From positions 1 through 64,000 of the forward strand of contig DAOOVO010000002.1 of assembly GCA_035370245.1 (NCBI GenBank): a stretch of DNA of 64,000 nucleotides. Direction: 5' to 3'. The notes below the pieces were generated by a model. It searched no databases. It saw only the letters and a list, made by a program, of their open reading frames with translations, and had not been told where the DNA came from. Shown piece by piece: positions 10,115 to 20,440 of the stretch. Position 1 is the stretch's first letter. Every line of letters begins with the position of its first letter. The position numbers were made by a program, and so were the translations under genes. The DNA is from Pseudobacteroides sp. Lineage in GTDB: Bacteria > Bacillota > Clostridia > Acetivibrionales > DSM-2933.

Positions 10115-10855
10115 ATGGTCATTGTCTATTGGATAATTTTTATTGTGGGTGTACTGTACACTTTTGTATCCCTCATTATTAACGGAATCTCCGGAGCATT
10201 GCATATAGGACATGGTGACATTGGTGGACACGTTGACGTTGGTGGACATGTCGACGTTGGGCATGTTGATGTTGGGCATATTGATGCTGGTCATATTGAT
10301 GTTGGGCATGTCGATGTTGGCGGACATGTTGATGTTGGTCATAACCACTTGCATGTTGGAGACTTAGTTGGTCATTCGGTAGATGTAAATGGCAATACTC
10401 ATTCCGGACACCACGTTAGTACACATCATTCACTTTTTTCATGGTTTTCGGTATTAATCAACCCACTTGTTGCCGTATCATTTTTAACTGTATTTGGTGG
10501 AATCGGTATATTAGGTACTGAGTATTTTAAATGGACTGCCGTATTGGTATTTCTTATTGCATTAGCCCTGGGTGTAATTGTTTCATCCTTGCTTTACAGA
10601 TATGTAGCTATACCCTTATACAGATCCGAGAATTCCAGTGATGTATCAAGAAAGGATTTAATAGGTATTCCTGCTGAAGTAGTTTCCCCTATAATTAAAG
10701 ACGGGTTTGGTAAAATAAGATACGTTGTAAAAGATTTAAGGCATACAGCTCCGGCTAAGCATATTGAAGGTAAACCGGTGGAACAGGGAAAACGAGTAGT
10801 GATTTGCAAATTGGAGGACAGTATTTTTTACGTTTCAGAAGTTGAAGAAATTTAG
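10115..10855 (+). CDS. NfeD-family membrane protein with His-rich (G)HVDVG tandem repeats
   Basis: TM segments, C-terminal NfeD OB-fold region, immediately upstream of flotillin gene; N-terminal repeats GHVDVG/HIDAG x~9. Confidence 0.75.
   Translation: MVIVYWIIFIVGVLYTFVSLIINGISGALHIGHGDIGGHVDVGGHVDVGHVDVGHIDAGHIDVGHVDVGGHVDVGHNHLHVGDLVGHSVDVNGNTHSGHHVSTHHSLFSWFSVLINPLVAVSFLTVFGGIGILGTEYFKWTAVLVFLIALALGVIVSSLLYRYVAIPLYRSENSSDVSRKDLIGIPAEVVSPIIKDGFGKIRYVVKDLRHTAPAKHIEGKPVEQGKRVVICKLEDSIFYVSEVEEI
10215..10345 (+). repeat. in-frame 12/15-nt tandem repeats encoding His-rich (G)H(V/I)D(V/A)G units
   Basis: repeated 'catgttgatgttggg'-like units readable in sequence. Confidence 0.6.
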
Positions 10856-10916
10856 CAGTTGGATCAAGGAATAATTGGAATATAATTGAATTTATTTATG
10901 TAAAGGAGAGGATCAT

Positions 10917-12404
10917 ATGTCAGATTTTTCATTAATTCCAATAATACCCTTTCTAATAGTAGCTGTAGTTTTCATTTTAATATTCAGTCTTTTTTCAATG
11001 TATCGAAAAGTACCACAGGACAAAGCATTGGTAGTCACAGGATTTAGAGGTAGAAGAGTAATCACCGGCGGTGGTGGAATTGTTATACCTTTGTTGGAAA
11101 GAACAGATATTATTTCACTTGAAAATATGCAGATTGATATTCGTATTGACGGTGCATTGACATCCCAGGGTGTTGGTATTTTAGCTGACGGTGTTGCAGT
11201 TGTCAAAGTTAAATCCGATAAAGAGTCAATACTTTCAGCAGCCGAGCAGTTCAACACTTCAAAGGGTTTAGATCACATGCTGGCTGTTATATCCAAAACA
11301 ACTCAACAGGTTCTTGAAGGTAAACTTAGAGAAATCGTATCAAGAATGACTGTTGAGGAGATTTATAAAGACAGGGAAACATTTGCTTCACATGTTCAGG
11401 GAGTTGCAGCAACCGAGCTGGAGAATTTAGGACTTGAGTTAAAAGTTTTGACAATCAAGGATATAGCCGATAAAAACGGATATTTAGAAGCCCTTGGAAA
11501 ACCAAGAATTGCAGAAGTTAAAAGAGATGCTCAAATCGCTGAGGCTAATGCAACAAAAGAAACCAAAATTAAAACAGCTGAAGCAACCAGAGAAGGTGAA
11601 GCTGCCAGAATCCAGGCAGAAACCCAAATCGCTGAAGCTAACAGGGATAAAGAGCTCAAAGTACAATCCTATATAAAGGATCAACAGACCGCAAAAGCAG
11701 AAGCGGACTTGGCTTACGATATAAAAGCAAACATAGTTAAAAAAGATGTAGCTGAAACCGAGATGCAAGTTGAAATCGTAAGAAAACAAAAAGAAATTGA
11801 GCTTGCCGAACAAGAAGCCATCAGAAAAGAAAAAGAACTTGAAGCCACAGTTAAAAAACATGCTGATGCAGAAAATTACAAAGCTACAAAAATTGCTGAT
11901 GCAAACAGATATAAGCAAGTTGCTGAGGCTGAAGCAAGGGCACGTGCAATAGAAATAGAAGGTGAAGCTAAGGCTAAGGCAAAAAGGGCTGAAGGTATGG
12001 CCGAAGTTGAAATAATTAAAGCAAAAGGTGAAGCGGAAGCTTTAGCTATGGCTAAAAAAGCAGAAGCATTTAAAATGTACAACGATGCGGCTGTCACTCA
12101 GATGATAATTGAAAAATTGCCTGATATCGCTCAAGCAATTGCAAGTCCTTTGGCTAAGACCGAAAAGATTGTAATCGTTGATAACGGAAACGGCGACGGC
12201 AACGGAAAAGGAGCATCCAAGGTTACAGGATATGTAACCGATATAATGTCACAGCTTCCGGAAACAGTTAAGGCTCTCACAGGTTTGAATGTTCTGGATT
12301 TATTGAAGAAGGATTCTTCTAAAAAGGTACAGCCGGTAAGGGAAAGCGAAGCCAACTCCGACGATTCTCAATCTCTTGAAGAAGTTAGTGCAACTAAAGA
12401 ATAA
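10917..12404 (+). CDS. flotillin / SPFH (band 7) domain protein
   Basis: N-terminal TM, SPFH domain, long Ala/Glu-rich coiled-coil (EA repeats); strong RBS AAAGGAGAGG. Confidence 0.85.
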   Translation: MSDFSLIPIIPFLIVAVVFILIFSLFSMYRKVPQDKALVVTGFRGRRVITGGGGIVIPLLERTDIISLENMQIDIRIDGALTSQGVGILADGVAVVKVKSDKESILSAAEQFNTSKGLDHMLAVISKTTQQVLEGKLREIVSRMTVEEIYKDRETFASHVQGVAATELENLGLELKVLTIKDIADKNGYLEALGKPRIAEVKRDAQIAEANATKETKIKTAEATREGEAARIQAETQIAEANRDKELKVQSYIKDQQTAKAEADLAYDIKANIVKKDVAETEMQVEIVRKQKEIELAEQEAIRKEKELEATVKKHADAENYKATKIADANRYKQVAEAEARARAIEIEGEAKAKAKRAEGMAEVEIIKAKGEAEALAMAKKAEAFKMYNDAAVTQMIIEKLPDIAQAIASPLAKTEKIVIVDNGNGDGNGKGASKVTGYVTDIMSQLPETVKALTGLNVLDLLKKDSSKKVQPVRESEANSDDSQSLEEVSATKE

Positions 12405-12417
12405 TAAATAAAATGCT

Positions 12418-12460
12418 GTGGGCCCAAAGAAGCTAAATCAGTTTCCCGGGCCCACTTTTA
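12418..12460. terminator. bidirectional Rho-independent terminator between convergent flotillin gene and the 9-gene operon
   Basis: GTGGGCCC...GGGCCCAC stem followed by TTTTA. Confidence 0.6.
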
Positions 12461-12475
12461 ATTTGCCAAATTTCA

Positions 12476-13690
12476 TCAATATTTCCTATCACTCTTTTTC
12501 AACTTTTGTGCCAATTCGTTTAAGTCATTTCCCTTTAAAGCGCCTTCCAATAACTGAGGTAAAAGCGTTGGAGTGCAGGCAAAGCAAGGTATTCCGATAT
12601 GGGCCAGTCTTCTTGATAGCCCTCCATCATATGAAGGTATGCCTTTATCGGATAGAGCCAGAAGGCATATTACCTTGACTCCCGACTCATGCATCTCAGT
12701 TATCCTTCTTACAAGTGAAGCTTGATTGCCCCCTTCATAGAGGTCAGAGATCAATATAAAAAGAGTCTTTTTAGGATCTGTTATAAACTGGCTGCAATAT
12801 GCCACCGACTTGTTTATATCAGTACCCCCTCCCAACTGGATTCCAAAAAGCATATCCACAGGATCATTGCCGCATTGCTCTGTAAGATCCACCACCTCTG
12901 TATCAAAGGCAACTATTCTTGTGTTAAGTGCCGACATGCTTGAAAAAATGGAACCGGCTATGGATGCATATATGACCGACTCGGCCATGGAACCGCTCTG
13001 GTCAATATCCAATATGACATTCCATTGGTTTGAACGCTTTGCACGGTCAAAGAAATAAATCCTCTCGGGAATAATCTTATTATATTCCTTGTTATAGTTT
13101 TTGAGGTTACGGTTTATTGTGTACTTCCAATCTATACTTGAAGCACTTGGTATAGGTGAATGATTGCGTTTGTTTAATGCACCCGTTACAGCTTTCCTGA
13201 TGTCATTTTCCAGCCTCTTGTTTATATCCTCAACAACCGTTCTTACCAACTGCCTGGCAGTTTCCTTGGTCCTTTCAGGGATTTTTCCCTTTAATGCCAT
13301 AAGGGTAGCTACCATTTCTATATCAGGCTTTACATTCTTTAGAACCTCAGGTTCAAAAAGCAGCTGCTTCAAGCCCTTTCGCTCAATTGCATCAGTCTGA
13401 ATAACCGAAACAATATCCTCAGGGAAACAAGTTCTTATATCGGTAAGCCATTTTGCCAATTTAGGTGAGGAATGGCCTTTTCCTGCCGAACGTGAACCTT
13501 TAGACCCCTGACTTGCCAAGTCTCCTTCATCACCCGAAGTTTCATCATAAATTGAGGCTAAAGCTTCATCCATAATAAGCTCATCCTGGTCCAGACAAAT
13601 GCCTTCCTTTGAATATGTATCCAACATTTCACTGCCTTTTTCACCTAAAATCAGTCTCCATCGTTTAATAAGCTTTGTATCCATCATCAT
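12476..13690 (-). CDS. von Willebrand factor A (vWA) domain protein (YehP-like)
   Basis: MIDAS motif 'DIDQSGSM'; last gene of operon; overlaps upstream gene by 4 nt. Confidence 0.8.
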   Translation of the reverse strand: MMMDTKLIKRWRLILGEKGSEMLDTYSKEGICLDQDELIMDEALASIYDETSGDEGDLASQGSKGSRSAGKGHSSPKLAKWLTDIRTCFPEDIVSVIQTDAIERKGLKQLLFEPEVLKNVKPDIEMVATLMALKGKIPERTKETARQLVRTVVEDINKRLENDIRKAVTGALNKRNHSPIPSASSIDWKYTINRNLKNYNKEYNKIIPERIYFFDRAKRSNQWNVILDIDQSGSMAESVIYASIAGSIFSSMSALNTRIVAFDTEVVDLTEQCGNDPVDMLFGIQLGGGTDINKSVAYCSQFITDPKKTLFILISDLYEGGNQASLVRRITEMHESGVKVICLLALSDKGIPSYDGGLSRRLAHIGIPCFACTPTLLPQLLEGALKGNDLNELAQKLKKSDRKY

Positions 13691-15972
13691 ATATCTCCAA
13701 AATCAAATTCGTTAATATCTTCAAGCACTTTTTGTTCCTCTTCTTCAAGCTCCCTGTTTAAGATGTCGCTGGCTTCTTCGCCTCCAACACCCCATATCTC
13801 ACCTAATATTTCACAGACGTTTCTCTTTTCTGAAGGACCAAAGCTGCTGAAAGCCCTTCTTAAAAAGACAAGAGCACGTTTAAATCCATCATCCTCCAAA
13901 GATTCTACATAAAGAGATATCTGCTCCCATAAGGCAGTTCTTGCAAGGAGTGCATATTTATTCCTTAAAGACAATCCCTCAAACCAGCCTGCTCCAATAT
14001 CAGCTTCAATCCCGGGTGAAAGTCTTCTGGTAACCTCAGCGGAAAGTCGGTCGTTATCCATAAGATTTCTTTCGAGGAGTATGGAACAAGCATATCCTGA
14101 GAGCTTGGGGTTCCTGTCGTCAAGGCTTGCAAGCTTTTTAAGCTCTTCGAGCCATGTCTCTTCATTCACCAGATTATAATGTTCTAAAGAAATGGAGTTT
14201 AAACTGTTTATTGATTCAATTACACTCTTAGCCGCTTCGTTATCGCATCTTGCAGCTTCAACCAGCAGCAAGGCTCCACGCAAAAACAACTGGCTAAGAA
14301 GTGGAATAAAGTGGCTTGTATCAAACTTCCTTATGTCTCCATAACTTATAACAATTGCCAAATCTTTTGCTGCAGCTGCAATCTCATTAAAAGCTCCCGA
14401 ATCCACTGCAAGTCTTTGAAGCTCTTTCCTGGCCATTTCCATTGCATCGACCAGTCCGCACATGCATGCCTCCCTGATAACTGCGGAAGCTTCTTCAACC
14501 CTCTCGCATTTTTCCAGCATATCTTTTAATGCATAAGCTGAAGCAAGCTCTATAGTCTCTCCCTTTAGAGTAGACTCAACCAACTCAATTTCAGCCTCAG
14601 GTGTCCACCTTAAAGTCCAGGCTTCCGCCCATGTAGCTGACTGCTGAGCACGGGGCTTATATTTCTGAAAGCTCACTCCCAAAACCCTTAATCTATGCAG
14701 AAAGAATGACCGATTTAAATCAAGGTAGGCGGCATCCTTTGATTGCACCCTTCTGTTTTCCCTCAAGTCCAGCTCAATATCCATTGCAACGGCGGACCTG
14801 TATTTATCCAACTTAAGCCTTTTGAGCTCCCTGTAAAAATCATCCTGTATTGATGTTCTGCTCACCCCTTCAGGTAAAGAACCTATTCCAGTCCCAATCT
14901 CAATACGGGCAACCGCTTCCGAAACTGCAGACAGTTCACCATAACCAAGGCAAACAACAGCTGCATCCCTCAAATCCTTCAATACAGGCGCCGTTCCCCC
15001 TCTCATGGCTGACACTGCATTAGCAAGCCTCACTCCCTCAATGACTTCTGCCGATGAGCGATGAGTACCGCTTTCCCTCATGCTTCCTGCAATCCCTGAT
15101 AAATAGAGTGCCGGAAGTCGCTTTAGGTCATTTCTCCTCATACAGTTCCACATGTATTCAAAATACTGAGGTGCACTATTACCCGCACCATAGCCTGATC
15201 TGGAAGAAAGCTTGTAGTATGAGTAGGGCATAAGTGTCAGCTTGGTTTTTACCCTTGGAAGGCTTTCAAACTCTTCATCAGTCATTGGTGGCAATTCCGG
15301 TCCAAGCACTGAAGAATGGTAAGCCCCTGTTACTACAACCACTTTTTGGGCCGAATGGCCTTTATCTATAGTTTCCCTGATTTTCTTTCTCATATAGGCT
15401 TCCCTGACAAGATTCTGAGCCATATGGGATGGCGATTCTTTAGACAGCTCCCTTAAACCTTTTCCAAACTCATAGACTCCCAGCCTGTATGAATCCGTTG
15501 AAAGGTTATGCTCAAAGTTTCTCTCCCAGTATGATTCATGATCCTCTTCCCCTGCCGCTTCTGCCCATTTCTCATAAATACTTTCACCTTGAGGCTGTAC
15601 TTCACTGTCACCTATATCCCCTGTTCGCAGGTATTCGAGGGTTAAAAACACATCAGATGGCAAATCTATAAACTCTGCAAGAACACCGTTATTGTTTGCC
15701 CATACCAATGCCTGGTATTCAGGTGAATATTCAGCCATTGGGTATAAAAGGGTCTTTATTGGCAGCTCTTCGGTGTATGCAAGCACTGCAAAGGGCGGCT
15801 TAGTACCCGGTGCCGTAAAATATTCTATTTGGGAATTTGCATCCGAGAGGCCTTCAATCAATACTGCAGTGGGCTTCACTTCATCTAAAAATTTAAGAAG
15901 GTGATAAGCCCCGCCTGGAGACAAATGCCTTATACCGAAAAAATGAGGCGTGTATTTTTGCATTCTACACAT
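13687..15972 (-). CDS. large hypothetical protein (761 aa), YehM/DUF5682-like by size and position between MoxR ATPase and vWA genes
   Basis: operon position and length match E. coli yehM (assignment from memory, unverified); no catalytic motif recognised. Confidence 0.5.
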   Translation of the reverse strand: MCRMQKYTPHFFGIRHLSPGGAYHLLKFLDEVKPTAVLIEGLSDANSQIEYFTAPGTKPPFAVLAYTEELPIKTLLYPMAEYSPEYQALVWANNNGVLAEFIDLPSDVFLTLEYLRTGDIGDSEVQPQGESIYEKWAEAAGEEDHESYWERNFEHNLSTDSYRLGVYEFGKGLRELSKESPSHMAQNLVREAYMRKKIRETIDKGHSAQKVVVVTGAYHSSVLGPELPPMTDEEFESLPRVKTKLTLMPYSYYKLSSRSGYGAGNSAPQYFEYMWNCMRRNDLKRLPALYLSGIAGSMRESGTHRSSAEVIEGVRLANAVSAMRGGTAPVLKDLRDAAVVCLGYGELSAVSEAVARIEIGTGIGSLPEGVSRTSIQDDFYRELKRLKLDKYRSAVAMDIELDLRENRRVQSKDAAYLDLNRSFFLHRLRVLGVSFQKYKPRAQQSATWAEAWTLRWTPEAEIELVESTLKGETIELASAYALKDMLEKCERVEEASAVIREACMCGLVDAMEMARKELQRLAVDSGAFNEIAAAAKDLAIVISYGDIRKFDTSHFIPLLSQLFLRGALLLVEAARCDNEAAKSVIESINSLNSISLEHYNLVNEETWLEELKKLASLDDRNPKLSGYACSILLERNLMDNDRLSAEVTRRLSPGIEADIGAGWFEGLSLRNKYALLARTALWEQISLYVESLEDDGFKRALVFLRRAFSSFGPSEKRNVCEILGEIWGVGGEEASDILNRELEEEEQKVLEDINEFDFGDI

Positions 15973-17053
15973 TCAACTCCCTACATGCATTATAAAGGTC
16001 CCTCCACTCGGCTCCACGCCTTTTTAAAACATTATCTATATATTCACGCCATACAAGCTTATCCTTTTCCTCGTCCTTTACAACTGCTCCCTGCAGACCT
16101 GCAGCCAAATCATGGCTGGTTATACTGCCATCCCCAAAGCTTGCAGCAAGTGCCATGCTGTTTGCAAGCAATGAAATAGCTTCAGCTGTTGACATAACAC
16201 CACTTGGCGACTTTACTTTTTCCTTGTTGTCCAATGTACTGCCGGTCCTTAATTCCCTGAAAATAGTAACAATCTTTGCCACCGAATCCTCGGCAGGAAG
16301 GGCAGCTTGAAGCTCAAGATTCTCAGCTAATTCTCCCACCCTTTTCCTTACTATTTCAATTTCAGTATCTATGTCCCCCGGCGTTGGCAGGACAACTATG
16401 TTGAAACGTCTTTTTAGTGCCGCTGACATGTCATTTACGCCACGGTCTCTGGTATTGGCCGTTGCAATAAGATTAAATCCCCTTACAGCAGGTATTTCAA
16501 GCCCGAGCTCCGGCACGGATATTCTTTTTTCTGACAATATGGATATCAATGCATCCTGAACCTCCGATGCACATCTGGATATTTCCTCAAATCTTACAAT
16601 CCCGCCTTCCTCCATACACTTTAAAACAGGACTTTTTACAAGTGCCTCCATAGACGGGCCATTGGCAAGAAGCATTGCATAATTCCACGAATACCTTATG
16701 TGTTCCTCGGTTGTACCGGCTGTTCCCTGCACCACCTGGGTGGAATTTCCGTTAATCGCCGCTGCAAGATGTTCCGACAACCAGGACTTTGCCGTTCCTG
16801 GATCACCGATGAGCAAAAGTGCCCTGTCAGTCACAAGGGTAGATATTGCAATTTCTACCAATCTCTTGTTTCCTATATATTTAGGTATAATATCAACACC
16901 CTTAACCTTGCCTCCTGTTATGTATGTTAGTACCGACTGGGGAGACATTTTCCAGCCTGCAGGTATTCTGTTCTCTTCTGCTGAAATTAAAGCCTCTATT
17001 TCCTTTTCATACTGTATTTCAGCAGGTAACCTTAAAACACTATTATTTGACAT
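15965..17053 (-). CDS. MoxR-like AAA+ ATPase (AAA_5; YehL-like)
   Basis: Walker A 'GDPGTAKS', Walker B-like 'GIVRFEEISR', sensor/arginine-finger region typical of MoxR family. Confidence 0.8.
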   Translation of the reverse strand: MSNNSVLRLPAEIQYEKEIEALISAEENRIPAGWKMSPQSVLTYITGGKVKGVDIIPKYIGNKRLVEIAISTLVTDRALLLIGDPGTAKSWLSEHLAAAINGNSTQVVQGTAGTTEEHIRYSWNYAMLLANGPSMEALVKSPVLKCMEEGGIVRFEEISRCASEVQDALISILSEKRISVPELGLEIPAVRGFNLIATANTRDRGVNDMSAALKRRFNIVVLPTPGDIDTEIEIVRKRVGELAENLELQAALPAEDSVAKIVTIFRELRTGSTLDNKEKVKSPSGVMSTAEAISLLANSMALAASFGDGSITSHDLAAGLQGAVVKDEEKDKLVWREYIDNVLKRRGAEWRDLYNACRELNV

Positions 17054-17111
17054 ACATTATGCTCCTTCATTATTAATATATTTTCTTCAATATTATTGTC
17101 TTCGTAATAAT

Positions 17112-18995
17112 CTAAATTAACTTCTTCAAATATTCACCCGCTTCAATGAGCTTAAATGCACTATCATGATCGCATTTCTTTGCATATTCCAAAATAACAT
17201 CGGCATTTTCAGGGGGTAAAAGCTTTATCAATTCTGCAAGCTGATCAATGTAGTAACCAAGGTAGTACCTTTTGCTTTTTATATTAAAGTCCAACAATTC
17301 AATTACAACCTCTGCAGCTTTAGGATATCCCGCTTGTATAAGCCCCTTAACCTTAGGGATCGCTTTATATAAATCACGGCCGTTGTCCTTTTTAAGACAT
17401 TCGAGAAGATGATTTATCGTTACATCGTCTCCCCTGCTTGTTAGCAGAGCGGCAAGATCGCTTTCACCGACTTTAGACAATACAGGTGCCCACCTTGTAT
17501 CAACTGCTATACACCCCTTATCTATGCTGACCGGCTTAGTGTTGGTTGACGGATCAGCGGCCGATATAACCTTTACCGCATTTAAATTACAAAGTCTTCT
17601 TAAGCTACCGATAATGATTTTTGATTTGGCAGTATTTCCACCGGTCAAAAATCCTGAATATGTCTCAAACACCTGAGCCGGAGGCTTTATATATACGGCT
17701 GCTTCAAATGCATAATTTAAATAAAGGCCATTATGTTCATTTCCTGCCTCAGCAAGCAGTTCATAAGCATTCACAGTTCGCATTTTTAAAAGCAGTCCTG
17801 CAGCCATTTGGGCTAAAGTAGGATATTGTCCAAAATCTACATCCCGAAGCTTTATCCGGCTTAGCTCCCCGGTGTGCTCCATGCACTTTTTTAAGAACTG
17901 GAAAATACCCTCATCTTTTCTTCCTTCCATACATGAAAGCACATTATAAAAGTGCCCAACTTCCTGCTTATCAGCAGGTTCATCTTTTGGAGAGTCTCCC
18001 GATTTTAATACTGCAAGAATATTTTTTAAGCCAACTTCAGCTTCATTAAGAAGATAATTTACAATCTCCCTGGAAGGATTTACCTTCATAGTTTTCAGTA
18101 CTGCGGTCTTATCCTTTCCCTTGAATATTTCAATAAGCCTGTTTACAACTTTAGACGCATCTACAATCTCTGCCGCTTCTAAGGCAGCTTCTCTTATTTC
18201 CTTCTTCTTATCCTTTGTGAGTTCTATAAACATATCATCAAATTCGGGAAAATTCTTTAGTATTTTTATGGCACTGACTCTTACAGCGGTACTTCCCTTT
18301 TCGTTTGCCAGGAAAAACAGCTCTTTTTCTTCTTCTCCCGACAAATCCCAAATCAACTCAAGTATTCTGGCATCACCTTTTCCGCCTTCAAATGAAAAAT
18401 GTTTCCTTAATACCTTTGCAATACCCTTTCCATATCCTTTCAGTATTTCAAATGCCAGGTCGGCCACTTCATAATACTGCTCATTTAAAGCACTAATCAA
18501 AGGATATAAAAGCCTTAAATCACTAAATATCCCCTCTTTTTGAGCCTCACGAATTATTTCCAATCTTCCCTGTCCTTTATTAAGAAGGGCATTGGCCACA
18601 GGCTTGAGCCTTCTAAATGAAATATCGGTATTGACATCGAGGCATTCCGGTTCAATATCTTTGAAATCTCCTTTAATACCCGTTTCACCCTGAGTATACA
18701 GCACAGCATTTACAAGTCCTGCCAGCTCCAAAAGCTTGTCAGACGCTTTCCCATCCTGGGGCTCAATAAGGGCTTCAAGCATGCCGGAAATCCTAGCAAA
18801 AACAGGTGCAGTCTCACCGGCTTTCTTAAGCTGAGGTAAAAGCTTTTTAAGCCTAAAATCACCTATTGCAAGCTCCGAGCCTGCTATCATAAGTCTTCTG
18901 ACCTCACCTTGCAAATCATATAGTAACGAAATACTCATATTCTCACTCCATTTATACATATTTCCGGAATTCAGCAAAATCACATTAGAATCCAA
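17112..18995 (-). CDS. alpha-helical (HEAT/ARM-like) repeat protein, function unknown
   Basis: 627-aa ORF overlapping SWIM gene stop by 11 nt; helical-repeat character inferred from composition only. Confidence 0.45.
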   Translation of the reverse strand: MDSNVILLNSGNMYKWSENMSISLLYDLQGEVRRLMIAGSELAIGDFRLKKLLPQLKKAGETAPVFARISGMLEALIEPQDGKASDKLLELAGLVNAVLYTQGETGIKGDFKDIEPECLDVNTDISFRRLKPVANALLNKGQGRLEIIREAQKEGIFSDLRLLYPLISALNEQYYEVADLAFEILKGYGKGIAKVLRKHFSFEGGKGDARILELIWDLSGEEEKELFFLANEKGSTAVRVSAIKILKNFPEFDDMFIELTKDKKKEIREAALEAAEIVDASKVVNRLIEIFKGKDKTAVLKTMKVNPSREIVNYLLNEAEVGLKNILAVLKSGDSPKDEPADKQEVGHFYNVLSCMEGRKDEGIFQFLKKCMEHTGELSRIKLRDVDFGQYPTLAQMAAGLLLKMRTVNAYELLAEAGNEHNGLYLNYAFEAAVYIKPPAQVFETYSGFLTGGNTAKSKIIIGSLRRLCNLNAVKVISAADPSTNTKPVSIDKGCIAVDTRWAPVLSKVGESDLAALLTSRGDDVTINHLLECLKKDNGRDLYKAIPKVKGLIQAGYPKAAEVVIELLDFNIKSKRYYLGYYIDQLAELIKLLPPENADVILEYAKKCDHDSAFKLIEAGEYLKKLI

Positions 18996-20421
18996 GCCTT
19001 ATAATTCTGTTGTCCGTTATCAAACTGAGGGGAGCTGCAATCAATCTCCTCTTATCCATATCATGCCAAAACCTTAAAAGCATAACCTGATCCTTCAACA
19101 TTTGAGGTTTTAAAAGCTTTAATATGTTAATGCCTTCAGGCAAATACTCATTTTCCGGTTTTTCGAGAACCAGCCTTTGTCCTGCCTGATCTTCTATAAC
19201 AAACTCATCATCCACCATTCCAAACCTTGAGAATCTCAAAAGCATGACAGGTGATTTATCACTTAATGGATTTTTTATTTGATTTTTAATCAATTTGACA
19301 GCTTCAGAAAAGGATTCTTTTGCAAAGGATCTTATCTTTAGAAAATCTTCCAAGCATGCATCTCTCATATCGTTGTTTTCCCAACGCACCCTACAATTGA
19401 GATCTGTGGTAGGGTATGTGTAAAGTTCTTTTATCATCAGTACTTTTGAAACGGAATCATCTTCACGAATATATTTAACAGCTTTGAAGGGACGGAAATT
19501 GTATGTATTGTACACTTCACCGGAAATAAGGTTAAACCATATTCCGTTATCCACATATTCACCTCTAGGTATACTTGTGAATGACGTAAATGCAAGCTGT
19601 ATTAACTCAATATCGTTTTTGACAAGTCCCTGATTTTTAAGTTCATTAAGTTGCCACGTATAGCCAAGAGATTCCTCTATTGAGGAACTGGAATCAGGTG
19701 CTAAGTCACCCGATTCCAGCTTCTTTAAAAGATGCTCCTTCCCCTTTTTGCATAACGCATATAACCTGCTCAACAAATCCGAAGCATGGGTATAAACCTT
19801 CTCATGATTTTCATCTTCCGTAAAAAGGTATATAAACTCTCTCAAAGCTGCCTGAGAGCCCGAAAGATAATAATTTCCAAGCTGTTTTGCCTGATCTTCT
19901 AGAAGAGCAACAGTTTTCTTATTTATGGTTCCAAGGCCGTTTTGAACAATGCTGCAAATGAGCTTTTCTAAAATCTCAAGACCTTCAACCTGGGTTTTTA
20001 TTTTTTTCTTAAGTGCGGAAACGTTTACCTTCTTAGGCTCAGGCTGCTCCTGTTCTTTTTCCTTTTTCTTCTGTTCCTTTTTTTCAATCTTTTCACGCTT
20101 TTCCAAGATATCTTGAGGAACTTCCGCTTTTTCAAAGCTTTTGCCGCTTACATAGGCATACATAAGTCCTAATGCATGCTTGCACGGAAATTGCCTGCTA
20201 GGGCATGAACACCTGAAAACAGGACTTTCGGGCTTTATAAAGTCCGCAGATGTATTGTAATTGCTGCTTCCGCTTCCAGAACATTCACCGAAAATAATGG
20301 TCCCATCTTCCGATATGTTAAGCTTAACAAATTTGTTTTTCTTAACCAATCCCCACCCGTTCGTTACGGCACTCTGGTTAGGGGCTAACTGGTTTATATA
20401 TTCTTCGTTAATATTAATCAT
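18985..20421 (-). CDS. SWIM zinc-finger protein (YehQ-like)
   Basis: CxCxnCxH signature 'CSCPSRQFPCKH'; RBS AAGGCAGGG. Confidence 0.75.
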   Translation of the reverse strand: MININEEYINQLAPNQSAVTNGWGLVKKNKFVKLNISEDGTIIFGECSGSGSSNYNTSADFIKPESPVFRCSCPSRQFPCKHALGLMYAYVSGKSFEKAEVPQDILEKREKIEKKEQKKKEKEQEQPEPKKVNVSALKKKIKTQVEGLEILEKLICSIVQNGLGTINKKTVALLEDQAKQLGNYYLSGSQAALREFIYLFTEDENHEKVYTHASDLLSRLYALCKKGKEHLLKKLESGDLAPDSSSSIEESLGYTWQLNELKNQGLVKNDIELIQLAFTSFTSIPRGEYVDNGIWFNLISGEVYNTYNFRPFKAVKYIREDDSVSKVLMIKELYTYPTTDLNCRVRWENNDMRDACLEDFLKIRSFAKESFSEAVKLIKNQIKNPLSDKSPVMLLRFSRFGMVDDEFVIEDQAGQRLVLEKPENEYLPEGINILKLLKPQMLKDQVMLLRFWHDMDKRRLIAAPLSLITDNRIIRLGF

Positions 20422-20440
20422 AACAACCCTGCCTTTAATT

